Positions 13,733 through 61,508 of a stretch of 64,000 nucleotides of DNA are shown piece after piece. Location: positions 3,748,722 to 3,812,721 of the forward strand of contig CAVNZM010000013.1 in the NCBI GenBank assembly GCA_963693365.1. The letters are read 5' to 3'. Numbering within the stretch: position 1 is the first letter of the stretch; each line of letters opens with the position of its first letter. This DNA comes from Amoebidium appalachense. Its lineage: Eukaryota > Protista > Ichthyosporea. A model generated the notes under the pieces. The model saw only the letters and a program-made list of their open reading frames with translations, searched no databases and was not told where the DNA came from. Made by a program: the position numbers and the translations under genes.

Positions 13733-15661
13733 CACACTCGCCCTCCGACTTCCCCGTCCCCACCTTTCCTTCCACCCACACACACCTCTACACCCCCCCC
13801 CCCCCCCCACACACACACACCCTTCCTCCCTCCCCCTCCACCCCCCTCCTACCGCCCTCACCCCTCCCCGGCCCGCCCGCCCCCCCTCCCCCTCCCTCAC
13901 TCCACCCCTTCCACTCCCACCCTTCCCGCCCCACTCTCCCCTCCCTCCCTCCCCTTCTCCCCCCCCCTCCTCTCCGCCTCCCCCCCACACACACACAACA
14001 GTCCAACACAGGCACAGTCGCAATCATGCTCCCCATAGCCCTCTCTACCATTAAAGAATGCGGTTGGAACAGAAGACCCTTCCTTATGGCTTTGGGTTTC
14101 GCCTCCTCTCTCGGCGGCTGCCTTACGGTTATTGGTACACCGCCAAATATGGTAGTCAACGATTATCTCTTCCAAAACACCGGCAAGGGACTTTCCTTTT
14201 TTGGGTTCACCCCCATAGGTATCATCTGCTTGGTGATTGGCGTGGGTTACATGTGCACGGTCGGATGGTGGATTTTGGAGTGGACGGACCCCGCACGCAA
14301 GAATAAAAAACCCCCTGCCGTTGGGACAAGCGTCGAATCGGATGTTCACGCCCACATGGAAACGATTGTGCCGGTTGCTAAGGGGGACAGCCAGTTGTCT
14401 TTTTTGGCAATGAAGGCGACGGAGGAAGGTCTGAGGGGATGTGTGGGAAAAGATTCAGCCGTGCCAGCCAATGAAACGGAAACACGGCTTCTGGTAGCTT
14501 CCATCACAAAAGGGGGTAAGTTCTGCGGGATGCGGTTCTGCGACCTCGGGTTGCATTCCAAGTACGCTGTCACCGTATTGGCTGTTGCTAAGGCTGACGG
14601 CACCGTGCAACCAATCAATTTCCTCGCTCCTATGGCCATCGGCGACTGTCTTTATCTGCGGGGATCAGGAAGGGATCTGGGGAGATTCGAAACGGCCTGC
14701 GGGGGGGATGTGCGGGTAGTGCACCGTGCAGACGCACCAATCAACGGGTTCCTTTTTGTCCCCAAAGACCCATCGCACGTCCCCACAGAGCTCGCCATCC
14801 GACAAATTTCCTTTTCGAGCACGGAGGGATGCGAGTGTCCACCCCAATACACTTACCTCATGTCCCCAAAACAGGTCGCGGTGGCGCAGGCATACGGGCG
14901 GGTGTACGGGAGCGGTTCTTTAAACTCGTTAAAGCAGCTCACGTTGAGCGCGTATTTTGCGACGTTGTGCATGGTTCTAGTTGTAGTTTTTATGTTTTTT
15001 GAGAAGGTGGTGCCAAACGTGACGGTGATGATGATTGGTGCAACGCTCATGTGCATGCTGGGCTGCATGAGTGCATACGATGCCTATAAGGCTATTCACT
15101 GGGAGAGTGTCGTCTTGATTGCCGTACGTATCCTTCACCCCCCCCTCCCCCCCCCCCCCTCCCGCTCCCCCGCAACCCCCCCCCCCCCCCCACACACACA
15201 CACACCCCTCCCTTCCCCCTCCTCCCCCCCTCTCGCCAGGCCCCAACCACTGTCACTTAGCGTGTACACAGACACGTACCCTCCCCCTTTCCTCCCCCTC
15301 CCTCTCCCCCCCCCGCCCCCTCTCCCTCCCCTCCTCCTTCGCGGAACCCAACCACTACCACTTCACCTGCACACACACACACCAATAACGTGCTTGCCCA
15401 TAGCACACATCTGGTATACCTCTGCTTGTGGGTACCCTCTCAAATTGCCACGGAAACAAAGGCAAACACGTTCAACCATCCCGCCCGGGCCTCTCTCCCC
15501 CCCCCCCCCCCCTCCCCCCCAGCGCCTTCCCCCCCTTCTACCCCTCCCCCGCGCCTGTGGGCCACACACATCAAAGCATGCCGATCACGAAATTCATTAC
15601 ATATTATCAGACTACGGAATGCAGCCACCTATATAAAATGCCCCCCCTCCCCCCTCCCCCC

Positions 15662-15693
<32 letters not shown>

Positions 15694-16312
15694 ACACACC
15701 TCCTTCCCCCTCCCCCCCCTCACTTGAGTGGTCTGCCCCACCCATCCAACATTCACAACAACACAACTTAAAGTACAACCTGCCACACCATTAAAAATTT
15801 ATAAAACTAACGCCCCATTCCTATTGGCAGGGCATGATACGGGAAAGTACAACCTGCCACACATTTAAAGATTTATAAGACTAACGCCCCATTCCCATTG
15901 GCAGGGCATGATCCCCATGTCCACGGCGCTGCAGCAGACGGGAGCAATCGACGCCGTCGTGAGCGCTCTGGGGGACCTCGGGCAGACGACCTCCCCCCTC
16001 GTAGTTCTCACAGTCCTCTTTGTTATAGCGACTTTCCTCACTCAAGTCATATCAAACACAGCCACCGCCATCCTAATCGCACCCGTCGCGCAATGCGCCG
16101 TCTCCCTAGACGTCTCCCCTACACCATTTTTGGTTGGGTTAGCGGTCGCAGCTAGTTGCGCTTTCATGACTCCCGTGGGGAGCCCTACTAATGTGTTGGT
16201 GATGGCACCCGGAGGCTACAGTTTTATGGATTATGTGGTGACGGGTAGTATCATGCAGGTGTTGCTGTTTGGCGTGTGTGTGGCGTTGATTCCCGTGATC
16301 TACCCGTTCTAG
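12113..16312 (+). CDS. SLC13/DASS-family permease with central TrkA-C-like region (YfbS-like; putative sulfate/carboxylate transporter), about 619 aa
   Basis: Exons 12113-12120 (ATG GCT GG|gtaagt), 12757-13078, 14002-15123 and 15905-16312 join in frame. Motifs: AFM-SNTGTVAIMLP, LGGCLTVIGTPPNMVV, AYKAIHWESVVLIAGMIP, ISNTATAILIAP, AASCAFMTPVGSPTNVLVMAPGGYSFMDY, and a C-terminal IPVIYPF. Many hydrophobic helices. Confidence 0.9.
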
Positions 16313-16329
16313 CTTGTGATTGGTTGGGT

Positions 16330-16475
16330 GTTGTGTGTGGGCATAGTATTGGTGATGGTGCGCGGGGGCTATAGTTTTGTGGATTATGTGACAGGTAGCA
16401 TAATGCAGGTGTTGTTGCTTTTTAGAGTGTGCGTTATTCCCGCGATCTACCAGTTCCAGTTTACGATTGGTTGGA
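16330..16475 (+). pseudogene. Degenerate tandem copy of the last about 40 codons of the SLC13 gene
   Basis: ttggtgatggtgcgcgggggctatagttttgtggattatgtgacaggtagcataatgcaggtgttg..attcccgcgatctacc mirrors 16196-16325 with indels. Confidence 0.75.
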
Positions 16476-16570
16476 TGATCTAATTGGGCACGTGGCATGT
16501 GTGGCATGTGTGACCTAATCGGCTTGTTGTATGTACTTGTGGCCCTCTCCAACGTTAAAATTATCGACTT

Positions 16571-16601
<31 letters not shown>

Positions 16602-17423
16602 GGGGGGGAGAGGGGGGAAGGGGGGGGGGGGGGGGGGGGGGGGGGGAGGGGGGGAGGGGGGAGGGGGTTTTTGGTATCGCTGTTTAGGTCGTAACGAATC
16701 AGGTTCTTGAGTGGCCAAATCATCACGATCTTAAAGAAAGGTCTTACTAGCCCATGGCCAGCATTTAAACCTATCTATTTTATAATTTGAAATTCAGGTC
16801 GTACTGGACCAATCGTAGAAGGTAAAATTTTCAAATTTTGTACTAAAGATTTACTGGAAACGGTTTAACGGACGCTTTAGTCTTTGACTTCGGTCTTTAC
16901 TAGGTGGGTTTGTTTAATTTCATCTAATATACTCTTTAAGAGTGTATCAATAAAGTCACAGTAAAAGAATCCCGAACGAGTGTGGTCGCCGTCAGGATGA
17001 TTTTCTCGGGGGTTTTTTTTTTTTTTTTTTTTTTTTTGGTTCCCCCCTTTTTTATTTTCTCAACTTTTACCGTGTTTGAGTTATTTTTTTTTTTATTTTT
17101 TTTAAACTTTACATTTACTTCTTTCATATCCATTACCACACGAGAGGTCGAAGCAGACTCACTTGAAGTGTACAGAGGCTATGGGAATAAAGATCATGCA
17201 TGACAGTCGATGCCGATGCAATAAGGGAAGCAGGTAAGTATGTCTGCAATCACTGGCCAAATCCGCTGAGTCAAGGCCTCCCCCCCTAATCCCTCCTCTC
17301 CCTCCCCTCCCCACCCCCTTCCCCACCCACGAAGGCACGCCCACATACACATCGTGACGGGCAAAACGTTTAGGTTTCGAACGTCTAGGTACCATGCACT
17401 CCTCCCGCACTTTTCCCTTAGAC

Positions 17424-17457
<34 letters not shown>

Positions 17458-17459
17458 AG

Positions 17460-17542
<83 letters not shown>

Positions 17543-17989
17543 TCTCCCTTGTTGCATAAACTATTATAAAGCGGAACACCACGTCCCATGCAGCGTACCG
17601 GTGCCATACAAGTGCACCCCAGTGGCACGCACCAACATATACATGTATAATTGTTTGTTTCTACCATTTGAAGGTTAAGTACAGGTGCACATGCCCAGAT
17701 ATTTTTACTAATAGAGACAATCGAAAACATTAAATTTCTAGCATACACTGGATTCGACCATGGTGGCCCAGGGCCTTGAAATTGCATACACACATGAGTA
17801 ATATGATGTCACAGTGTGTGTGTGTGTGTGTGTGTGTTGCATGTGTGTATGCATGTGTGTGAGAGTGTGTGTGGTGAATGTGTGTGTGCATGTACATGTG
17901 TGTGTGCATGTGTGTTGTTTATGTGTGTGTCACAGGGTGTGGTGCATGTGCATGTGCATGTCCATGTGTGTGTGCATGTGTGTGTGTGT

Positions 17990-18062
17990 TTGGGTATGCC
18001 CCCACCTGGTCTGGTATTGTGCCCATCAGATGCTGCCTCTGTTCACTACCACAATGAAATCT
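17990..18062 (-). pseudogene. Orphan copy of the penultimate XPO6 exon and its donor, downstream of the XPO6 stop
   Basis: [13 protein letters not shown]|gtgggggcataccc versus the real exon [13 protein letters not shown]|gtgggggcataccc at about 20435-20490. Confidence 0.7.
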
Positions 18063-18119
18063 AGTACATGCATATGTACAGTTGGAGAAGAGGTCGAGGA
18101 CCCGGACCAGGAGAAGAAG

Positions 18120-18152
<33 letters not shown>

Positions 18153-18171
18153 TGGAGAGATATAGAAAGAG

Positions 18172-18283
<112 letters not shown>

Positions 18284-18647
18284 GGAGAGAGACACAGAGG
18301 GTTTGCTAACTTGTCAATGATCTGTTGGTCGATCAAATCCGTTTGGGGCACGTGGTTGCTGATTGGCCACAATGGTACGTGGCATTTTCTGTTCATTCCT
18401 CATTTTGATCCAACCAAGCGACAGATAAAGTGGAACACCACGTCCCATGCAGCTTGCCAGTACATTTAATGTCATACACGTGCACCAGGCACCAACATTT
18501 TGTTTGTTTGTGTAATCTTAAATCATAAAAGTAACATACACTTGCACATTCACAGATATTCTTAGTCATTCGGAAACATTTTCTAGCATTCACTCCATGT
18601 GGCCTGGGGGCTTCTTGGGAATTGCATAAATAGATGCGCCACGATTA

Positions 18648-18752
<105 letters not shown>

Positions 18753-19362
18753 TGTGCATTTGTCTATTTGTGTGTGTTTGTGTGTGTGTGTGTGTTGGTG
18801 TGTGTGTGTGTCTGTTGTGCGTGCACGCGCCCGCGTTTGTGTGAGCGTGCAGGCACATATGCATGTACATACATATCGTTCTACACGAATTCCTCTCGTT
18901 ATGGGTATGTGTGAACCATTCACGCAGCCTATAAATCTCGCCACATTCCCACAACTGACTGGTGGCTTCCGTTGTTAAAAAATCTAATTTCAATTTCAAG
19001 CCCAAGACTCATACGATGTCAACACCTAGATCAGACAGAGAAAGAAAAGGCGAGATAGGTGGGCAAGGCTCTCGGGGGGAGAGGGGGTGGAATGGTGGTG
19101 GTGACGGTGGCGACGAGGTGGTGGTGATGGGGCAGCGGGAAAAGGGGGGGGGGGGGGGGGGGGGGAAGACGGGACCAAGCGAAAAAACACAGTTGACATT
19201 TGGAACAAAAAACACTTCTGGGTTAACAAAAGCAAGCCAACAAACTTTGAAATCGACCCTTAATATGTATATATATATATATATATATTTATAAAACAAT
19301 GTAATCAGAACAATCAACTTTAAAATACAAGATAAAAACCGAATCTCTGTACGATGCATTCG

Positions 19363-49674
<30,312 letters not shown>

Positions 49675-50886
49675 GTTGCCCACAAGTGCACTCGGGGCGT
49701 GCACGGGGCCTCAGCACTCAGAACTTCACCACCACAGTGTCTGTTGTATTTCGGCACCTGTCCTACCTACGCACACACGAACGCACTTACTCACACGCAC
49801 GTACAATTGCACACATAGGCACTTGTGAATTTTCAACTCTTTCCCGGCCCAGCTTGAGCGCAGCACTGCGGCATGCCAGCCGCTGGGGGGCGCTAACCTC
49901 TTCAATAAAATGCAGCAAGCCAGATATGGTTATATTCGCATGCCTATGATTGGCGTAGAGGTGTGTGGGTTGGTCTTCCTAGTTGTAGAACTTGAAGGTT
50001 TCAAAACTGCAAGACGAAGCTGTTTTAGCAAATTGCAATCAGCATGATCTCACTACAGTATAGAAACATAGCCTAAACAGAACAGAAAAACTTTTATTTC
50101 TATATTTAATTATCATAGTTCCTAAGGTATGTTTATTTGTGCTTGGTAAACTTGAATAATACGACATGCGCTGATACTGTATTGCTGATTTCACTGAATC
50201 AATCTCTACGGATTTGGTACCCCCTAAACAGAGGGTTTGGCTGCCTAATTTGGAAGGTGTTTTCCTCTTTCGACCCGTTTGCGCAATCATCCCCCTGGCG
50301 CGAGTCTGTGTACGGGAGTCCTTTCACGGCGCAAGTTCCAACCTTTTTTAGTAATTTCGCATTTCCTGATATGGGTTTCCAAGTAATTATGCGATTGGTT
50401 GAAAGGACTTGATGATGTAGGTAGACTTCGAGGAGACAGGAATGCAATCTGAAATAGTTTCGACATGGGGAGTGAAATCGCATCCCCCCCCCCCTCACCG
50501 GGCCTCATGAGTCCTCATGTGCGCCCTCCTCTCACCACCTCCCCCTCCTCCCCGTCAGTAAAACCTATGTGAAACAGGGTGTTGCGACACACACACACAC
50601 ACACATTCACACACACGCACACCCATACACACATATGCCAGCTCCTCCCCCCTCCCCCCCCCCCCTTCCTCCCCCCCCCCCCCCCCCCCCACCCACACAC
50701 ACACACACCCACCCACACATACAAAGGCACACTCATACATAGTATCCCCTCCCCCCCCCCCCCCCCCCCCCAAACCCACACACACACACACACACGTACA
50801 CATGTACAACACATGCGCGCGGGAACACACATACCGACAAAAAATCACTCATGCACGTGTCTGTCAACACATGCACGCGGGGGCGC

Positions 50887-50939
<53 letters not shown>

Positions 50940-50972
50940 CACACACGTGATCGCACGCACGCACGCACGCAT

Positions 50973-51042
<70 letters not shown>

Positions 51043-51098
51043 GCATACACACACACGTGACACACACACACACACACACGCACATACACACACGCACA

Positions 51099-51174
<76 letters not shown>

Positions 51175-51385
51175 CCTCCCCCCCCCTCGCTCCCCGCAAG
51201 ACACACACACTCATACAACACACATGCGCGCACACAAACATGCCGGCAAGCAATCACTAATGCACGTGCACACACACATGCAAGCGCGCGCACACACACA
51301 CATGTACACACACACTCTCGCTCTCTCTCTCCCCCCACTCTCTCTCTTCCCCCCCCCCCCCCTCTCTCTCTCCCTCCCTCTTTCC

Positions 51386-51426
<41 letters not shown>

Positions 51427-51706
51427 CCCCCCCTCCCCCCCCCCCCCGAATGCTCTACCTCTTTCTCCCTCCCCCTCTCTCTCTCTCGTACACCGCGCCC
51501 GCGCGTGCGCGCGCAGAGACGTGCACCGGGAGTATGATGGCTTTAGGTGTGGGGATGCGTAAACGTGCGTGCGTGCGTGCGTGCGTGCGTGCGGGCGGGC
51601 GGGCGGGCGGGCGGGCGTGGCTGTGTGCGTGCGTGCGTACGTGCGTGCGTACGTGCGTGCATGCGTGCGTGCGTGCAAGCGTGTTACGTATCATGTGGTG
51701 TTTCCT

Positions 51707-51743
<37 letters not shown>

Positions 51744-52421
51744 GCCGAGGAGGAGGAACGGATCGAGGGGGGGGAGGGGAGGTCAAATAGTGAGGGGAGA
51801 CATGCACGAATGTGTATACAGTGCTTTGTATTGTGTGTGTGTGCTGATTGTTTTAGCAGTGGTGTTGGGAAGAAGTGGACCTGGATCGAGCACAATGTGC
51901 CAGCTGCTAGAGCCGTTTCAAAACATCACGGTAAACTTTACATATAATATATCATATTTATTTCAAAACCAAAGGACACCCAAGATGTCCACATCCTAAA
52001 TCGTATTTTAGGCAACTGTGTGTTACATCACATTGTTGTGTATTGTGCACCTTGTATACCTGTAAGACTAAGTAAGACCAAGTTTTGAATTTCTAGTAAA
52101 ACATAAACTACTACTCTACATTGCTTTATCAAAGCCTATCTTCAACCAAAAAAGAGGAGCAATCCCCAGGCTAAAGACTAATATAACATATCTTCCGACC
52201 AGATACACAAAAACGAGAAAAAAAAAAGGAAAAAAAAAAAAAAGACGGGAAAAACAAGGAAGAAGATGAAGAAGAAGAAAAAGGAAACACTAACCCCCCC
52301 CCCCACCCCGCCCCCTCCAAAAAAAAAAAAAAAAAAAAAAAAAAAGAAGAAGAACAAGAAGAAGAAAAAGAAGAAGAAGAAGAAGAGGGGGAAAAAGGGG
52401 GGGGGGGGGGGGGGGGGGGGG

Positions 52422-52956
52422 TTTTGAATGCGGAACACAGTACGAAGTACGCATACACGATGAGAAGCATGGTGCAGGACACATGCAAAGGCAAACATTC
52501 AAGTATGCAGCATCAGCCATGCGCACAGTATGCGTCATAAGCAGAGCCCATCCTCAGGGAGGGCCCAAGTCATCAATTGCGTCTGAGTTTCGACCCCTTA
52601 GCCCGCGTATATACGACGCTCCAACTCAGACAGCAGCATCAACTGAACTTGGGTGGGTCAACCCGTCTTGATCAAAGACGAGCAGGGTTGCTTATGCAAG
52701 CAAGGTGAGCAAAACGGTGAAGATGTATGTGCAAACTAATGCAGTGCAGCGACAAACGCGTATGTGCTTACAGATGCACGACACAGAGCAACCATGCCCG
52801 GTTGCATGGAAGTAAAGATGTCTCCACACAGTGGTCTGTCCTGAAAGGACACCTCTGAAAGAAGACAGGGGGGGTTTTGAATGCGGAACACAGTACGAAG
52901 TACGCATACACGATGAGAAGCATGGTGCAGGACACATGCAAAGGCAAACATTCAAG
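52422..52956 (-). mobile_element. Subfamily A repeat, about 1.2 head-to-tail units (unit 453 bp)
   Basis: The unit start recurs at 52422 and 52875. G-tracts on both sides. Confidence 0.85.
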
Positions 52957-53960
52957 GGGGGGGGGGGGGGGTTAGAAAGAAAACACAACAATCACAACTC
53001 ATCGTACATGAAACGTACCATGCTCCTAAGGACGGATTATCCTAACTAAGAAAATTACCATATATGGTAGTGCTTACTAGATATGGTAAAAGCAGAAACG
53101 CAGGCATGTATGTTTTGTATGGTGGATCATCACACCAAACCAAACTATGACTATACAACACACAAACTGTGGGCGGATCTTACCATAACCAAGAAAAAAC
53201 CTATATACTAGTGAAAGCGAAAAACACCAGTCACTTCTATTTGTGAAGTGCAGCAAGAAAAGGAATGACAGAAAAGAAACACATTTGCATCAAAGATGCC
53301 TAAGAAGCTAGGAATCTACCAAGACTGTAATGAAGCAAGACTCGCATCTGATGCAACATAAGCACGTGTGACTGCAAATACAATTCATTGTGGCCCACCC
53401 GTTCTGTTCAGCTAAACGTAAGAGAAATGAAAGTGACAAAGTCCCTTCTCCACCACGGAAAACCCGTTCAACTAAACAGAGGAGAGCAACAGAAATCCAG
53501 AAGTGACAGGTTTGGGATAAAGAAAAAAGAGAGACTGAATAAGTGCCCACTCTTCCCGCTATACTGCTATAGGCATGACAAAAAACAGCGTACTTGACAG
53601 GAAACAACCCGAAAGATGCAAGAATGGTGCAAAGAGCGCGTTCTTTTCGGCCTGTCAAACTGTCAACTACACACGTTAGAAAGACTTCGAATACCCGGCC
53701 AATAAAAAGCCGAAACAGCTCCATAAAACTTTTATGTGAACAGGCTAGCCCTCATGCGTCCTATACTTTCTCTCCGCCCAATGTTTTAGAAACGAAATGG
53801 TTGAAAGATGGACACGGAAAGTTACTTCCTTCAACAGTCTGCAAAACTAACAAAAAAGACACAGTTACATATGAGAAGCAGCGAATGTAGAATGAATGCT
53901 TTTTATATGCACGTCAGCATTCCAAAGTTGCTCTTCCATAAAAACGAGACCCATAAAAGG

Positions 53961-54875
53961 TCAACAAAACCCCTTGCCACCGAAAAAGGCTGCGTGTAAA
54001 ACGAGACGAAGAACTAAGGCTCTGCCTAACGGCATGCACAAGCTCGCCGGCCGCATACAGTAAAGCAACCGGAAATGTAGTATGGCTTGTTGAGGAAAAG
54101 TTACCGGCCAAGTGGGCGGTTTAGTAAACGGTTCACTGTTTAATAATAAATGAGGTCTTTGGTAGTGTAAACGTGTGTATGGGAGAAATGGATGTTTGGG
54201 TGTTTTTTTGTTTACGTTTTTCATATCCGAAACAATCCCTTGTTTTGCTGTTCCCTGGTTAATTCTTCTTGGAGTGTGGGTGGGGTGGAGGGACCCTATG
54301 AAACCTGTGCTTGCTTTCCGCCCATTTCCCCCCGGTAAAACCTGTATTTGCACCATTGGCCGCCCAACAACCCTTGTGATATAATACTCACACATATCAT
54401 ACTGCTCACAAACTCGTAGTGCTTCACTCCAAAACGAATCTGTAGTTGCATAAAGATTTTCAAGTTCTCGTTTTTCTTCCAAAAGGTTTGCCTCAACACA
54501 TAAAAGCAAATGTTCTGTTCGCTCCATTGTATCGCGGTTCCCCAACACGTTTGCAGCCAGACTACGAATTATGTGTTCCATACGACTGCATTGATCAACC
54601 AAAGCCAAGTATTGTTCAAGTGGGTATTTAAGTGCATGTGTGTTGTGCAAAGAGTCATACTCCCCAAGGAAGTGCAGGACTATTTCTGGTGCCAGTAGTG
54701 ACCGCACATGCTGGTCACCTCTCACTGCGTTCAGCAACTGTTGGCATGCATAAGCACGCGTCGTTCCTATGCTTCTGAAATAACATTCATAGTTCCACCC
54801 GCTTACATCTTGTCGTGTGAAAACAAATGAGTGAGTTCCATGAGTGCCATGGAAAGTACCCTGATGCACGTTCAT
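53961..54875 (-). CDS. Intronless 304-aa hypothetical protein (orphan; possibly mobile-element or viral derived)
   Basis: ATG-initiated 915-bp ORF of complex sequence in a microsatellite-free block. Helical/coiled-coil-like middle (EANLLEEKRELENLY). No domain recognised. Confidence 0.45.
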   Translation of the reverse strand: MNVHQGTFHGTHGTHSFVFTRQDVSGWNYECYFRSIGTTRAYACQQLLNAVRGDQHVRSLLAPEIVLHFLGEYDSLHNTHALKYPLEQYLALVDQCSRMEHIIRSLAANVLGNRDTMERTEHLLLCVEANLLEEKRELENLYATTDSFWSEALRVCEQYDMCEYYITRVVGRPMVQIQVLPGGNGRKASTGFIGSLHPTHTPRRINQGTAKQGIVSDMKNVNKKTPKHPFLPYTRLHYQRPHLLLNSEPFTKPPTWPVTFPQQAILHFRLLYCMRPASLCMPLGRALVLRLVLHAAFFGGKGFC

Positions 54876-56372
54876 TTTGTATGATTAGGAAAAACCCCTC
54901 AAGATAATTTTATAAATGGGAAAAAATTGCTCTCAAGCTACCGCTGTACAGACCTTTTCTGCAACACACCTCTTCCGCAGCTGCAGATGTTGTTGTTGTT
55001 GTTGTTCTTTCAGCTACGTACACAAAACTACACGAAACCATCACCACCCGTTTTCACCGGCCACAGCGCATGCCGGCTTGGCAAAAATGTTATGCGACTT
55101 TCCTCGATTCCTCGTTACTTTCCTTATTATCAACAGCTACCTCATTGCTAGGCAGCCAATCATTGTCTTTCCCATTAGTAATCCTCGATCCTAAGCATGA
55201 CATCCTCGAGCAATCACCCAAAACCTTGCCATATTTGGTAGCCAATTTTCCCCTCGATTCCTCGTTCCTTTCCGTTTTTTTTAATGTATTTCTTGTTTCA
55301 ATCTTTGGCCTTCCACATATGCATCCTCGATCAATCCAGTGACATCCTCGAGCAACCGTCCTGCGAGGGCGTACAGCACCGAGGTACCCCTGTTAAACGG
55401 CACGGCCGGCCGCTGCGGGGCCGGCGAGCCAACACGAACATGAATTTTCCCCGTGATTTTTACGCAGATTTTGCTAAAATCATCGAGCTACACGAACCCC
55501 AAATTGGCGAAGGCTTTTTAAACAAAATTTGGCACCCTAAAAAATCTGGCAACCTGGCAATCTGGCGTCACACGAACCGACCCATTGCTGAAGTTGTATG
55601 ATTTTGCAGGATGGTGCAGGAAGTAGCAGGAGGCGGCGCTCGCCGGCAACCGTTGGGCCGGATTTTGCCCAAGCATACCGGCATGTTGCTGGTGCCTAGG
55701 GCGGATGCGATTGGCCTTTTTTAACAATGAAAAAGATCACGAGTTAAAATAGAACTAGAAAAATATAGCTATTAACTATTAGAAAATGATGCTTTGTCAA
55801 TACAGTCTTGTCCATAAGTACATATAAATTGATGTAATTTATATTGAACCGTTGCTTGCCTTCAACACATATTTAAGATTATTTATTTGTATATAGTATA
55901 GTGCAATACATCATTGCGGCAAAGCCGTCACTCTCAGATTCGCATTCTCGTATTGGCTTTATGTCACGTACCTCTACGGAAATGACAAGGTTATCTAATG
56001 AAAGGCGTTTTGCCGCGGATTTAATTAATGTGCGCCAGTTCCAAAAATATGGTACGAATGCCAACAGTCAAGTCCATGCAAAGGGGGGGGCGACGTCACT
56101 GGAAACCACTCAAACCATGCGGTTTAGGGGGTAGTAGGCCGATCACTTTAGTTGTTCTTTCCTCAGACAGTCACACATCAGTCGTTGTCGGTGTCAAATG
56201 GATTCGAGCTAGAGAGAAATTCAAATATTGTTGATCGTGAACAAAAAGACTCAACTACTACTTGTGTAGCTACCACGACCTACAGGTAATGCAAGTAATA
56301 GTTGCAAACGTCTGCAGCTAACTGCGGCATGCACACATGCACACACACGCGCGCGCACACACACACACACGT

Positions 56373-56418
<46 letters not shown>

Positions 56419-56430
56419 GCACCCACGCAT

Positions 56431-56554
<124 letters not shown>

Positions 56555-56936
56555 CTCTTTTGAGCAAACCAGCAAAAAACGTTGTTAGAGCCGCGCTGCC
56601 TAGAATCACACATCCGTGACAGCTTTGTGGTTTAAACCCAAACACAGATGAGATTTTCCAGCCCAGCTGTGTCTCCCAAACTCTGCGTTTTACCTGTCCC
56701 CCTACCAAGCCATTCAGTCTCCTCATTTCTCCCAACAGCTCCTCCAACTGTGCCCGCACATATGGACCCCTCCTCCCCTCTCCCGTCCACACTCCCCCCC
56801 CCCCCCCCCCGGCCCCCGGTCCCTTCACCCCACCCCTCATCTGCCTCTCTTCCTTTCTTTATGCACTCACCTTGGGGCCGATAGGAGTGTGCGTCTGTTC
56901 GCAAATAACCATTTGTGAAAACAGACAGCTCACAGC

Positions 56937-60527
<3,591 letters not shown>

Positions 60528-61027
60528 GCTATAAGCTCATAGTGCCACCCACTTCCACCCACCATATCCCATTGAACTAATAGGAGACATGGGCTGAAAT
60601 ATGCACCCATGGCCCTGTTTTTCATTTTATTGTTTTGTTTTTTTTTTTTTTGTTTGTTTTTTTTTTTTGTTTTTTTTGGATTGCTGGCCCTGAGGTTTAG
60701 GTTCAACCCGTGACTAGAGAATTGAATATGTGGGTGGATATGTGTGTAGCTAGCTGTGTATATGTGGGCTCGAACCGCACACTTGTCATCGCTATATTTG
60801 GTTGCATTGCTAATAAATGGGTAAGCGCATGCGCATTGGTAGACTGATGTTATGTATACTTGATAAATTTCACCAGGAGCATGTGTTGTACGGTATTGTA
60901 TATGTGTCTAGTAGGTATTGTATTTATGTAGCCCCAAGCAATTGGACGTCTTTGCACTCACGTTCTTTGGCATGCGCCACCCCCTTGAGGCTCCCTCTCT
61001 CTCTCTCTCTCCCCCCCCCTCCGCCCC

Positions 61028-61063
<36 letters not shown>

Positions 61064-61471
61064 CATTCCCCCCCCCGCCTCCCCCCCCCTCCCCAGCTAG
61101 CCCACAAGTTTACCCACGTGCACATGAATTACGCGCCAAAACTGTATGAAAAAATGAGTGTGACTAGTCAAATAGGCCAACGGCACTCCAGGTGTCATGC
61201 ATGGACCGGCCATGGTTATAACAAGTGCAACCATACTATAGCTAAGGTATAATTTAAACGTATGATGCAGTTAGTTGCAATTGGAAATTTCTGCGAGCTG
61301 CTCAACTTTTACGTGGATTGCATAAGTGCCACACATATGCACAGGCACACACACCGTGATGCGACGCACACCAGGGTTTGCAGACACGTACGCACACAAA
61401 CGACACCATCACACATGCACACACACACACACACACGCACACGCACACCATGTACACACACAAACACACAC

Positions 61472-61508
<37 letters not shown>

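Noticed and set aside
51840-51930. UMP-CMP/adenylate kinase-like fragment (VVLGRSGPGSSTMCQLL)
   Set aside because: It lacks the P-loop GKGT and no further exons were found; probably a chance resemblance.
55391-55726. Second TG..CA MITE (tgttaaa..tttaaca)
   Set aside because: Only 7 bp of terminal match and no target-site duplication.
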